DNA of 64,000 bases from an uncultured Bacteroidales bacterium (GTDB taxonomy: Bacteria > Bacteroidota > Bacteroidia > Bacteroidales > GCA-2748055), in the NCBI GenBank assembly GCA_963751705.1, contig CAVVVN010000001.1, positions 493,329 through 557,328 on the forward strand, read 5' to 3'. Under the pieces are notes generated by a model that did no database searches, had not been told where the DNA came from, and worked only from the letters and a program-made list of their open reading frames with translations. Both the position numbers and the translations under genes were made by a program. Numbering within the stretch: position 1 is the first letter of the stretch; the number at the start of each line of letters is the position of its first letter. This document shows positions 9,395 through 17,109 of this stretch, piece after piece.

Positions 9395-11180
9395 TTGTAA
9401 CATCGTGATCCCAGTTAGACCGAACTTCAATGGTCTTAATAAGAAATTCAACGGGCTCGGGTTGGACCTTTTCTAAATAATTACCCGTATCCCATTTTCC
9501 GTTTCCATTGAGATCGTGAATAAATTTCAGCTGGTACTTATTAGGAGCTAAGAAAGGAAAGGCATACTGCCCATCAGCCTCCACACTAAGCTCCTTTGCT
9601 ACTGTTTTGCCACTGAAAAGCTGGACCAGCACCCGGTGCTTCACATTATTCAGTGTGAGCAGGATCTGGCCATAGTACTCCAGATCGCGTGTTTTAAAGT
9701 TTACATCCACCGTATCATGCGCCATGGGGTAAATGCTTTCCAGGGCCCCGGGTAAAACCAGTATTCGGTACCTGGAATCAGACTCCCAGGACGCAGACAG
9801 GGCGGCCCGGTATGGATCCAGGCTATCCGCCCTCACCTCAAAAGGAATCGGGACTTCCACCGAATCGGGAATATGGTACAGGGAGATTAGCGAATCATTG
9901 ATTTTATCCAGAGGGAAATCTATCCGAAACGACAGATCCCTGTTAATGTCTTGGTTCCCATTGGCCCGGATGGTAAGGAGCTCCAGCGTCTCTTCTTTCT
10001 CCGTGTCCTCCTTTCGCTGCGATCGGCTCTTTTTGCTCTTGCTGGCATCATCCCGGTAGGAAAACAGCAGGGTGTCTCTTTTGACTACATATTGTTCGCT
10101 GGTATCCTTCACGGTATAGTTCGCAACGATCCGTATACTGTCGTGGTTGTAGTGAAGGGAATCCAAAATCCAAAGCGTCAGGCTATCCCGGTTCGGAGAC
10201 ATATCTTCCAGAAAGCGTGGTGCGCTCTCCTGTTCTGGATGGATAGAATAATAAGAAAATGTGTCTGTGAGCGGAAGAGCAAAGATGAACTGGATTTTTC
10301 TTCGGTCCTCTCTGGTGTAATCGGTCAGGTACTGGATCTCGGAGGCCTCCGTAAACAGCAGCAAATCAATATAAATGGAATTCAGATCCGGGCCCTTTCG
10401 GGCCAGAGAATCGACCACTGCGCCGGTAGAGTCCACAGCCAGGCTGTCCCTTACTGCCGATGATACCACGGAATCTCCCAGCAAAAGCCGGGTAAGATCG
10501 GCATTCAGAATCAGACTGCTATCCAGAAAGGCAATCTCTTCCGAGGGAAGGTCAAAGAGCAAATTGTTGTTTCCGTCATTTAAGGCAAACACCTTGTAGA
10601 CATCGGGGCGCAGGTTATTTACACTGAAGACCCCGCTGTCATTTGAGCGCCCTACATAGAGTGGGATATCTATCAAAGGTACCGAATCCCGGAGATCGGA
10701 GTAAAGCATAATGGAGATCGGATCTTCAGGTTTTTCCAGGTTTTCTGCATATTGTAGGGTTCCCTTCACAGAGAGCGAATCAAGAATCTCACCGGTGGAG
10801 AAAACATATTCGTAATTTTGCAAGGTGTTCCCTGCGTGAAGATCTTCAATGGCGCTTCCAAAATTGAAGGTATAGGTGGTATTTATCCTGAGGTCCTCCT
10901 CAAACTCGATGATCAGGGTCTTTTTTTTCAGCTTTACCTCCGGTTTCTCATCCATGGGCGGAGAAACAATCAGCTCCTGGTTTACACTGTTCAGGACAAT
11001 GTATTCATCAAAAGTAATCAGGATCTTATTCGCATCAAAAAGTGTGGAATAATTTGGCGGCTCACTTTTTACCACCACCGGGGGATCCTCATCAAGGGGT
11101 CCTCCCGAAGGGGATCCCTGCTGTGCACAGCTAAAGCAAACCAGAATAACAGAGAGAAGCCAATAGTATTTTGCAGACAC
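9378..11180 (-). CDS. Ig-like (Big_5/SbsA-type) domain lipoprotein
   Basis: Lipobox-like LVCFSCAQ, followed by GGPLDEDPPVVVKSEPPNYSTLF...ILITFDEYI, which is typical of this family. Confidence 0.65.
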   Translation of the reverse strand: MSAKYYWLLSVILVCFSCAQQGSPSGGPLDEDPPVVVKSEPPNYSTLFDANKILITFDEYIVLNSVNQELIVSPPMDEKPEVKLKKKTLIIEFEEDLRINTTYTFNFGSAIEDLHAGNTLQNYEYVFSTGEILDSLSVKGTLQYAENLEKPEDPISIMLYSDLRDSVPLIDIPLYVGRSNDSGVFSVNNLRPDVYKVFALNDGNNNLLFDLPSEEIAFLDSSLILNADLTRLLLGDSVVSSAVRDSLAVDSTGAVVDSLARKGPDLNSIYIDLLLFTEASEIQYLTDYTREDRRKIQFIFALPLTDTFSYYSIHPEQESAPRFLEDMSPNRDSLTLWILDSLHYNHDSIRIVANYTVKDTSEQYVVKRDTLLFSYRDDASKSKKSRSQRKEDTEKEETLELLTIRANGNQDINRDLSFRIDFPLDKINDSLISLYHIPDSVEVPIPFEVRADSLDPYRAALSASWESDSRYRILVLPGALESIYPMAHDTVDVNFKTRDLEYYGQILLTLNNVKHRVLVQLFSGKTVAKELSVEADGQYAFPFLAPNKYQLKFIHDLNGNGKWDTGNYLEKVQPEPVEFLIKTIEVRSNWDHDVTMILKK

Positions 11181-11244
11181 GTTGTTTCAATTTAGTGCAA
11201 ACATACAAAGATATACGCTTCAGGAAAAACCCCCGGAATGTTAT

Positions 11245-11252
11245 TATATTTG
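11245..11252 (+). promoter_or_regulatory. Bacteroidota-type -7 box TATATTTG upstream of lgt
   Basis: Exact match to TAnnTTTG, 26 nt upstream of ATG 11279. Confidence 0.4.
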
Positions 11253-11278
11253 TAGCCTAATCTCTAAGGCGAACAACT

Positions 11279-12151
11279 ATGATTTTTGAAGCTATCACCT
11301 GGAATGTGGATCCCGAAATTTTCAGCATAGGACAGCTCAGTATCCGTTGGTACGGTTTGATGTTTGCTTCTGCCTTTCTGTCAGGCTACATTGTTTTTAC
11401 CAGATTTCTTGCTACCGAAAGGCTTAGCTCTGAAATGCTGGACCAATTACTGATCTACATTGCGGTAGGTACGGTTATCGGGGCAAGGCTGGGACATTGT
11501 TTTTTTTATGAACCGGACTATTTCCTGGCAAATCCTCTGGAAATTCTGAAAATCTGGAAGGGCGGACTTGCCAGCCATGGAGCAGCCATAGGAATTCCTC
11601 TCTCACTCTGGCTTTATATTCGTAAATATAAACTCTCTTTCCTCTGGCTCATTGATCGTATTGTCATTGTTGTAGCCCTGGGGGGAGCCTTCATTCGGCT
11701 GGGAAACCTGTTTAATTCCGAGATTTACGGGCTCCCGACCGATCTGCCCTGGGGCTTTGAATTTGTGCGCGACAGGCTGTATGACTCCAACACCGGAGAT
11801 CTGTTACCCACAGTCGCACGTCATCCCACTCAGCTCTATGAATCGCTCAGTTATATCCTGATATTTGTGGCTCTGTTTCTCTTTTACCGGAAAAGGTATA
11901 TGAAGGTTCGAGACGGATTTATATTTGGAGTGTTTATGATCCTTCTTTTTTCGGCCCGCTTTTTTATTGAATTCGTGAAAAACGATCAGGTTGCCTTCGA
12001 GGCCGGAATGCAATTTAATATGGGACAATTACTTAGCCTTCCGTTCATTATAGCGGGAGTAGTGATGATCGTGTGGACCGCTAAACGGCCCCGCCACTTC
12101 ACCCTGGAGCCTATTCCAAAAGCCCCGAAAAAAGGTCGAAAAGCTAGCTAA
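11279..12151 (+). CDS. lgt: prolipoprotein diacylglyceryl transferase
   Basis: [20 protein letters not shown] and [13 protein letters not shown]...PTQLYES motifs. Confidence 0.92.
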   Translation: MIFEAITWNVDPEIFSIGQLSIRWYGLMFASAFLSGYIVFTRFLATERLSSEMLDQLLIYIAVGTVIGARLGHCFFYEPDYFLANPLEILKIWKGGLASHGAAIGIPLSLWLYIRKYKLSFLWLIDRIVIVVALGGAFIRLGNLFNSEIYGLPTDLPWGFEFVRDRLYDSNTGDLLPTVARHPTQLYESLSYILIFVALFLFYRKRYMKVRDGFIFGVFMILLFSARFFIEFVKNDQVAFEAGMQFNMGQLLSLPFIIAGVVMIVWTAKRPRHFTLEPIPKAPKKGRKAS

Positions 12152-12162
12152 AAAGGTTCTTT

Positions 12163-12969
12163 ATGGAGACAGGTAATTTCTGGTTTGCATTTGGCCTCAC
12201 CTTGTTTGCCGGCTTATCAACGGGCATCGGAAGTGCACTGGCTTTTTTTACCAAAAGTACCAATACACGTTTTCTCTCCGTAAGTCTTGGTTTCTCAGCG
12301 GGAGTGATGGTATATGTCTCTTTTGTGGAGATTTTACAAAAAGCACGTATATCTCTGATCCCGGCGTATGGAGAAAAAATGGCCGCCTGGTATTCGGTGC
12401 TCGCTTTTTTTGCCGGAATCCTGGTCATCGCCCTGATCGACAAATTGATTCCTTCTCAGGAAAATCCTCATGAGATCAGGAAGGTTGAAGAGATGTCCAC
12501 AAACAATGTAAGAGATCCAAAGTTGGTGCGCATGGGGCTGTTTACAGCCCTGGCCATTGCCATACATAATTTCCCTGAGGGAATAGCTACCTTTATGGCC
12601 GGTCTCACCGATCCTACCCTGGCTATCCCCGTAGCCGTGGCTATCGCCGTTCACAATATTCCGGAAGGAATTGCTGTTTCTATCCCTATCTCCTATGGCA
12701 CAGGGAATAAGAAAAGGGGCTTTTTTCTTTCTTTTCTTTCCGGACTGGCCGAACCGATAGGTGCTCTGATCGCATGGCTGATTCTAATGCCCTTTATGGA
12801 CGGTAATCTCTTTGGGTTTATCTTTGCCGGTGTGGCAGGCATCATGGTGTTTATATCTATCGACGAGCTCTTACCTACGGCCCGGGAATATGGATTGCAT
12901 CATCATTCCATCTATGGCTTTGTGGCGGGAATGGCCATTATGGCACTTAGTCTATTACTGTTTATCTAG
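12163..12969 (+). CDS. zupT: ZIP-family divalent metal transporter ZupT
   Basis: Duplicated HNFPEGIA / HNIPEGIAV motifs and 8-TM-like hydrophobic pattern; starts 11 nt after lgt. Confidence 0.9.
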   Translation: METGNFWFAFGLTLFAGLSTGIGSALAFFTKSTNTRFLSVSLGFSAGVMVYVSFVEILQKARISLIPAYGEKMAAWYSVLAFFAGILVIALIDKLIPSQENPHEIRKVEEMSTNNVRDPKLVRMGLFTALAIAIHNFPEGIATFMAGLTDPTLAIPVAVAIAVHNIPEGIAVSIPISYGTGNKKRGFFLSFLSGLAEPIGALIAWLILMPFMDGNLFGFIFAGVAGIMVFISIDELLPTAREYGLHHHSIYGFVAGMAIMALSLLLFI

Positions 12970-13899
12970 ATGGCGAAGAAAAAATATAAGCGTAAACACT
13001 CTCACCACCATCACGCAGTAAATGAAAAAAACCTGCTGACCGTCACCCTTCTGAACCTGGTAATTACGATTGTGGAGATTGCCGGGGGGGTTCTCTCTGG
13101 CAGCCTGGCCTTGCTCTCTGACGCTCTTCATAATCTAAGCGATACCTTCGCTACCTTTATTGCCTACCTGGCCACCATTGCGGGCAAGCGTGAGGCCAAT
13201 CAAAAAAAGACATTCGGGTACAAACGATTGGAAATTCTGGCCGCTCTGATCAATGCGGTGATCCTGATAGTCATAAGCTTCTTTCTGATTAAAGAGGCCT
13301 GGCACAGGTGGCAAAACCCAGGCACCATTAACTCTATGATCATGCTGGTTGTGGGAATGATCGGCCTTCTTGCCAATCTCTATGCGGTCCTCATCCTGAA
13401 AAAAGAGGCCAGCAAAAGTATCAATGTCAGAGCGGCCTACGTCCACCTGATCGCCGATAGCCTGTCTTCCGTGGTGGTAATCATCGGGGGGGTGCTGATT
13501 CGAATTTTTAAAATCGACTGGATCGACCCGGTCATCACCTTTATGATTTCCATATATATCATACGTTCAGGCTTCCTGATCCTTAATGAGTCAGTCAATA
13601 TACTGATGCAATCGGCCCCGGAACACCTGGACCTGAACAGTATTAAGAAAAAAGTTGAACAAGTGCCCGGGGTACTAAACCTGCATCATTTACATGCCTG
13701 GATGCTGACGGACCGGGAGATTCATCTGGAAGCTCATGTGGAGCTGAATACGGATATGAAGCTTAGTCATGTAAATCCCATCAGGCAACAAATCGAAGCA
13801 CTTCTGAAAGAAGATTTCGGCATCGGCCACATCACCCTGCAAATGGAGTTTAAAACTGAACATGATCCCCGGTTAATTCATGCCAGCCCTGACCGATGA
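12970..13899 (+). CDS. cation diffusion facilitator, CzcD/ZitB-like (HxxxD/HxxxD site, His-rich N-terminus)
   Basis: KHSHHHHA N-terminus, TM2 SDALHNLSD, TM5 VHLIADS and a C-terminal cytoplasmic domain. The ATG directly abuts the zupT TAG. Confidence 0.88.
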   Translation: MAKKKYKRKHSHHHHAVNEKNLLTVTLLNLVITIVEIAGGVLSGSLALLSDALHNLSDTFATFIAYLATIAGKREANQKKTFGYKRLEILAALINAVILIVISFFLIKEAWHRWQNPGTINSMIMLVVGMIGLLANLYAVLILKKEASKSINVRAAYVHLIADSLSSVVVIIGGVLIRIFKIDWIDPVITFMISIYIIRSGFLILNESVNILMQSAPEHLDLNSIKKKVEQVPGVLNLHHLHAWMLTDREIHLEAHVELNTDMKLSHVNPIRQQIEALLKEDFGIGHITLQMEFKTEHDPRLIHASPDR

Positions 13900-14831
13900 A
13901 GAGGGAGCAACATATCATCCGGGCCTCGTGGTGGTCCATTACAGGCAACACTCTGCTGGCTTTTTTGAAACTTTCCGCGGGGCTTATTTCTGGAAGTTTT
14001 GCGGTGATAGCCGATGGCATCGATTCTGTTTCTGATATTGTTTCTTCCCTGGTGGTCCTGATAGCTGCCCGAATCATTGCCAAACCTCCAAATATCAAAT
14101 TTCCCTATGGGTATAAAAAAGCTGACACGGTAGCTACTAAAGTTCTCTCATTTATGATCTTTTTTGCAGGGGCCCAGCTGGCCTACTCCACCGTAAAGCT
14201 TCTGATTCGGGGGGAGAGCATGGAGATTCCGGGAAACCTGGCCATCTGGATCACCGTGATTTCCATTGGCGGTAAATTTATTCTCTCGCTCCTGCTGTTC
14301 AAAACGGGTAAAAAAGTAGAGAGTACGATGCTTATGGCCAATGCCCGGAATATGCGAAATGATATATTTCTCTCCTTTAGTGTTCTCGCCAGCCTGGTCT
14401 TTACCATGATTCTCGAGGAACCCCTGATCGATCGCATCATTGCGCTTCTGATTAGCATTTTCATTATGTATGAAGGATTCCGGATCTTTATGAAATCCAA
14501 TATTGATCTGATGGATGGGATTGACAACACAGAGCTATACAAGCGCCTTTTCGAATCGATTCATCTGGTCAAGGGGGCCCATAATCCCCACCGGGTCAGA
14601 GCCCGAAAAATTGGGCATTACTACATGGTAAACCTGGATGTGGAGGTGGATCCGGAGCTGACCGTTAAAGAGGCTCATGAGATAGCCAAAAACGTGGAGA
14701 AAAGCATTAAATCGAATCTTCGAAATATTTACGACATCATGGTTCATGTGGAGCCCCTGGGCAACCGGGAAGAAGATGAAAAATACGGTATCACAGAAAC
14801 CGAGATTCAAAAAGAAAAAAGAAAAAAATGA
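13896..14831 (+). CDS. cation diffusion facilitator, FieF/YiiP-like with atypical DxxxD/NxxxD site
   Basis: TM2 ADGIDSVSD and TM5 ARNMRND. ATGA overlap with the upstream CDF gene. Confidence 0.82.
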   Translation: MKREQHIIRASWWSITGNTLLAFLKLSAGLISGSFAVIADGIDSVSDIVSSLVVLIAARIIAKPPNIKFPYGYKKADTVATKVLSFMIFFAGAQLAYSTVKLLIRGESMEIPGNLAIWITVISIGGKFILSLLLFKTGKKVESTMLMANARNMRNDIFLSFSVLASLVFTMILEEPLIDRIIALLISIFIMYEGFRIFMKSNIDLMDGIDNTELYKRLFESIHLVKGAHNPHRVRARKIGHYYMVNLDVEVDPELTVKEAHEIAKNVEKSIKSNLRNIYDIMVHVEPLGNREEDEKYGITETEIQKEKRKK

Positions 14832-15562
14832 TTACCAGGGATTGGCCCATGTATCGGGTGATACTTGAGAACCTGCAGTTGCTGCCTCTTTTACCTCGCT
14901 TCAACCTGAAACCTGGTTTCGGTGAGCTGAGCGTGGATGAGGTCTGCGAGGCTCATGGAGTGAATACGGAATTTTTCCTGGAAATTGCTAACGCCTATCT
15001 GGATGAATTGTATGTCCCCGAGGAGGGACTGGCCCTTTTTCCTCTGGGTACCATGGTGACTTACATTACCTCCACCCATACCTATTACAAAGAAATTGCC
15101 CTGCCCATGGTGGAAGAGAAACTAATGCGACTGATGGACCATTCTTCCCTGTCGGAGAAAGAAGTGACTCTGATACGTACTTTTTTCAATGACTACAAGG
15201 AAGATTTTATGGCCCATCTTTCCCAGGAGGAGGAACAAATTTTACCCTATGTGCTTGAACTTGAAAGACAGGCCTCCCTGGATAAGCCAGATCCTTTGTT
15301 CCTGGAAAAACTTCAGGCGTATTCCATCCGTGAATTTGAGAAGGAACATACTCGTTTGGAAACAAGCCTGAGTCATCTTTCTGAACTCATCATTAAATAC
15401 CTGCCTCCCTTTGACGATCTGCAACTGTGTCATCAGGTATTGAATGATCTGGCAAGCCTGATGAAAGACCTGGTCGATCATGCTGACATGGAAGATAAAG
15501 TGCTGATTCCCAGGGTTGCAAATCTTGAAAATCTCCTGCTAAACAGGTCGTCTATTTCATGA
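14828..15562 (+). CDS. hemerythrin-like (RIC/ScdA-type) di-iron domain protein
   Basis: Four-helix H/E pattern: YITSTHTYYKEIALP, FMAHLSQEEEQILP, EKEHTRLE, LVDHADMEDKVLIP. ATGA overlap with the upstream gene. Confidence 0.6.
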   Translation: MITRDWPMYRVILENLQLLPLLPRFNLKPGFGELSVDEVCEAHGVNTEFFLEIANAYLDELYVPEEGLALFPLGTMVTYITSTHTYYKEIALPMVEEKLMRLMDHSSLSEKEVTLIRTFFNDYKEDFMAHLSQEEEQILPYVLELERQASLDKPDPLFLEKLQAYSIREFEKEHTRLETSLSHLSELIIKYLPPFDDLQLCHQVLNDLASLMKDLVDHADMEDKVLIPRVANLENLLLNRSSIS

Positions 15563-16173
15563 GGTTTTCGGGTTTCATACTGGTTCTGGATTCCTATATC
15601 GTCCGAAAAGGGCTGATCTCCGTGCTAAACCGGATTCAGGGAGTCCGGGTGTTGAAAGAATTTAATGCGGCGGATCCTTTTCAGTCTTATCTGGAGGATC
15701 ACCCGGTTGATTTTATTATTATCAGCCAGTCGGCTTTCCGTCAGCGTACAGACCTGTTTATATCGAACCCTGAACTGCTGGAGAAAACTATCCTGCTGGA
15801 AGAACCCCAGGCAGATGATCAGTTGAAAACTAAGCCTGTGCAGGGAATTCCTGCTTCTATCCATCTGATGGAAAATAAAGAGGCCCTGAGCGCTAAAATT
15901 CAAAGCCTGCTGGACCATCGCTATTTTAAAGCTTCCGGGAATGAGCCCCTGGGTCTTTCACCCCGTGAAACTACCATTGTCAGACTGGTTTCCATGGGAC
16001 TCACAAACCGGCAAATTGCAGAAAAATTATTTCTGTCTGCCCATACCGTTATGACCCACCGGAAAAACATCAGCAGCAAGCTGGGAATTAAATCTGTTTC
16101 CGGACTAACCATCTATGCCATTGTAAATAACATTATCACCCTTGATGAGGTAAGCTCCTATCCTGCTAAGTAA
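15559..16173 (+). CDS. LuxR/NarL-type HTH regulator with degenerate (pseudo)receiver domain
   Basis: C-terminal LSPRETTIVRLVSMGLTNRQIAEKLFLSAHTVMTHRKNISSKLG. The N-terminal receiver-like fold lacks the acidic pocket and acceptor Asp (ILVLDS..., DFIIISQS). Confidence 0.8.
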   Translation: MRFSGFILVLDSYIVRKGLISVLNRIQGVRVLKEFNAADPFQSYLEDHPVDFIIISQSAFRQRTDLFISNPELLEKTILLEEPQADDQLKTKPVQGIPASIHLMENKEALSAKIQSLLDHRYFKASGNEPLGLSPRETTIVRLVSMGLTNRQIAEKLFLSAHTVMTHRKNISSKLGIKSVSGLTIYAIVNNIITLDEVSSYPAK

Positions 16174-16177
16174 TTCT

Positions 16178-16185
16178 TATATTTG
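16178..16185 (+). promoter_or_regulatory. -7 box TATATTTG upstream of the coiled-coil protein gene
   Basis: Exact TAnnTTTG, 21 nt upstream of ATG 16207. Confidence 0.4.
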
Positions 16186-16206
16186 TAAAAATTTAATCCA
16201 TCCAAC

Positions 16207-17094
16207 ATGGCTGAAAAGAAAACCAACGTAAATGCACTATACGGAGTCCTCGGATTACTGGTTGTTATCCTGGGTGTTGCCGTATACATGCTGCTGGATA
16301 CCCGGAAAAATCTGAACCTGGTTTCTACAGATCTGGCTGAAAAAACAGAGTTCTTTCGTATAGAGAAAGATTCCCTGGAAGGAGAACTTCGCAACATCTA
16401 CTTCAGGTACGACACACTTGAAACCAATAATCTGGAACTGCAGGTGGAGATGGAACAACAGAAGGAAAAGATCGAAAAGCTTATCTCACTTCAGGCGGAG
16501 GACGCTTACAAGATCCGTATGTACCGCAAAGAGATGGAAACCCTGCGTTCTGTTTTACGGAGTTACATTGTACAGATCGATTCCCTGAATATGCAAAACC
16601 AGGAGTTGCTGGCCGAAAATAAACAGTTGAGAAACACCGAATTGAGGCTGAGTTCAGAAAAGAAACAACTTGAAAAGGATAAAACCCAGTTGGAAGAAAT
16701 TAAAGACCTGGCCACCACCCTGCAGGCTTCTCAGATCGACCTGGTCCTGCTAAACAAACGCGACAAAAATACAGACCGTATCAGAACGGCTGTGAAAGTC
16801 AGGGTTGACTTTGTTCTCAGGGCCAATAAGGTAAGCCCCGCCGGAGAGAAGAGCATCTATCTGCGAATTATCAGGCCAGATCAGGTGGTCCTGGGTTCCC
16901 CGGAACTGGAAATGATTGAAGTAAACCGTGAACAGATTCCGGTCTCTGCTTCCCGGGTAGTCAACTATGAAAACGAGGATTTGCCGGTCTCCATCTTCTG
17001 GAATAACGATGGTGAAATTGTGCCCGGTGAACATAGCGTAGAGCTCTATTCCGAAGGAAAAATTATCGGACAGTCCTCTTTCGTCCTTAAGTAA
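16207..17094 (+). CDS. membrane-anchored coiled-coil protein, function unknown
   Basis: N-terminal TM segment LYGVLGLLVVILGVAVYMLL, about 150 aa of heptad-rich E/K/L/Q sequence, then a C-terminal beta-rich ~110 aa region. Confidence 0.55.
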   Translation: MAEKKTNVNALYGVLGLLVVILGVAVYMLLDTRKNLNLVSTDLAEKTEFFRIEKDSLEGELRNIYFRYDTLETNNLELQVEMEQQKEKIEKLISLQAEDAYKIRMYRKEMETLRSVLRSYIVQIDSLNMQNQELLAENKQLRNTELRLSSEKKQLEKDKTQLEEIKDLATTLQASQIDLVLLNKRDKNTDRIRTAVKVRVDFVLRANKVSPAGEKSIYLRIIRPDQVVLGSPELEMIEVNREQIPVSASRVVNYENEDLPVSIFWNNDGEIVPGEHSVELYSEGKIIGQSSFVLK

Positions 17095-17109
17095 GTATTC
17101 TCCCCCGGT

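Noticed and set aside
12721-12740. TTTC-rich microsatellite-like tract (ttttttctttcttttctttc) inside zupT.
   Set aside because: It encodes an ordinary hydrophobic stretch (GFFLSFLSG) in frame and is imperfect and short. It is not a convincing phase-variation tract.
14809-14827. A5/A6/A7 homopolymer runs just before the hemerythrin-like gene start, considered as a possible slippage or frameshift site.
   Set aside because: They encode the Lys-rich CDF C-terminus (QKEKRKK). They also match the A-rich pre-start context expected for Shine-Dalgarno-independent initiation in Bacteroidota. Both flanking frames are intact.
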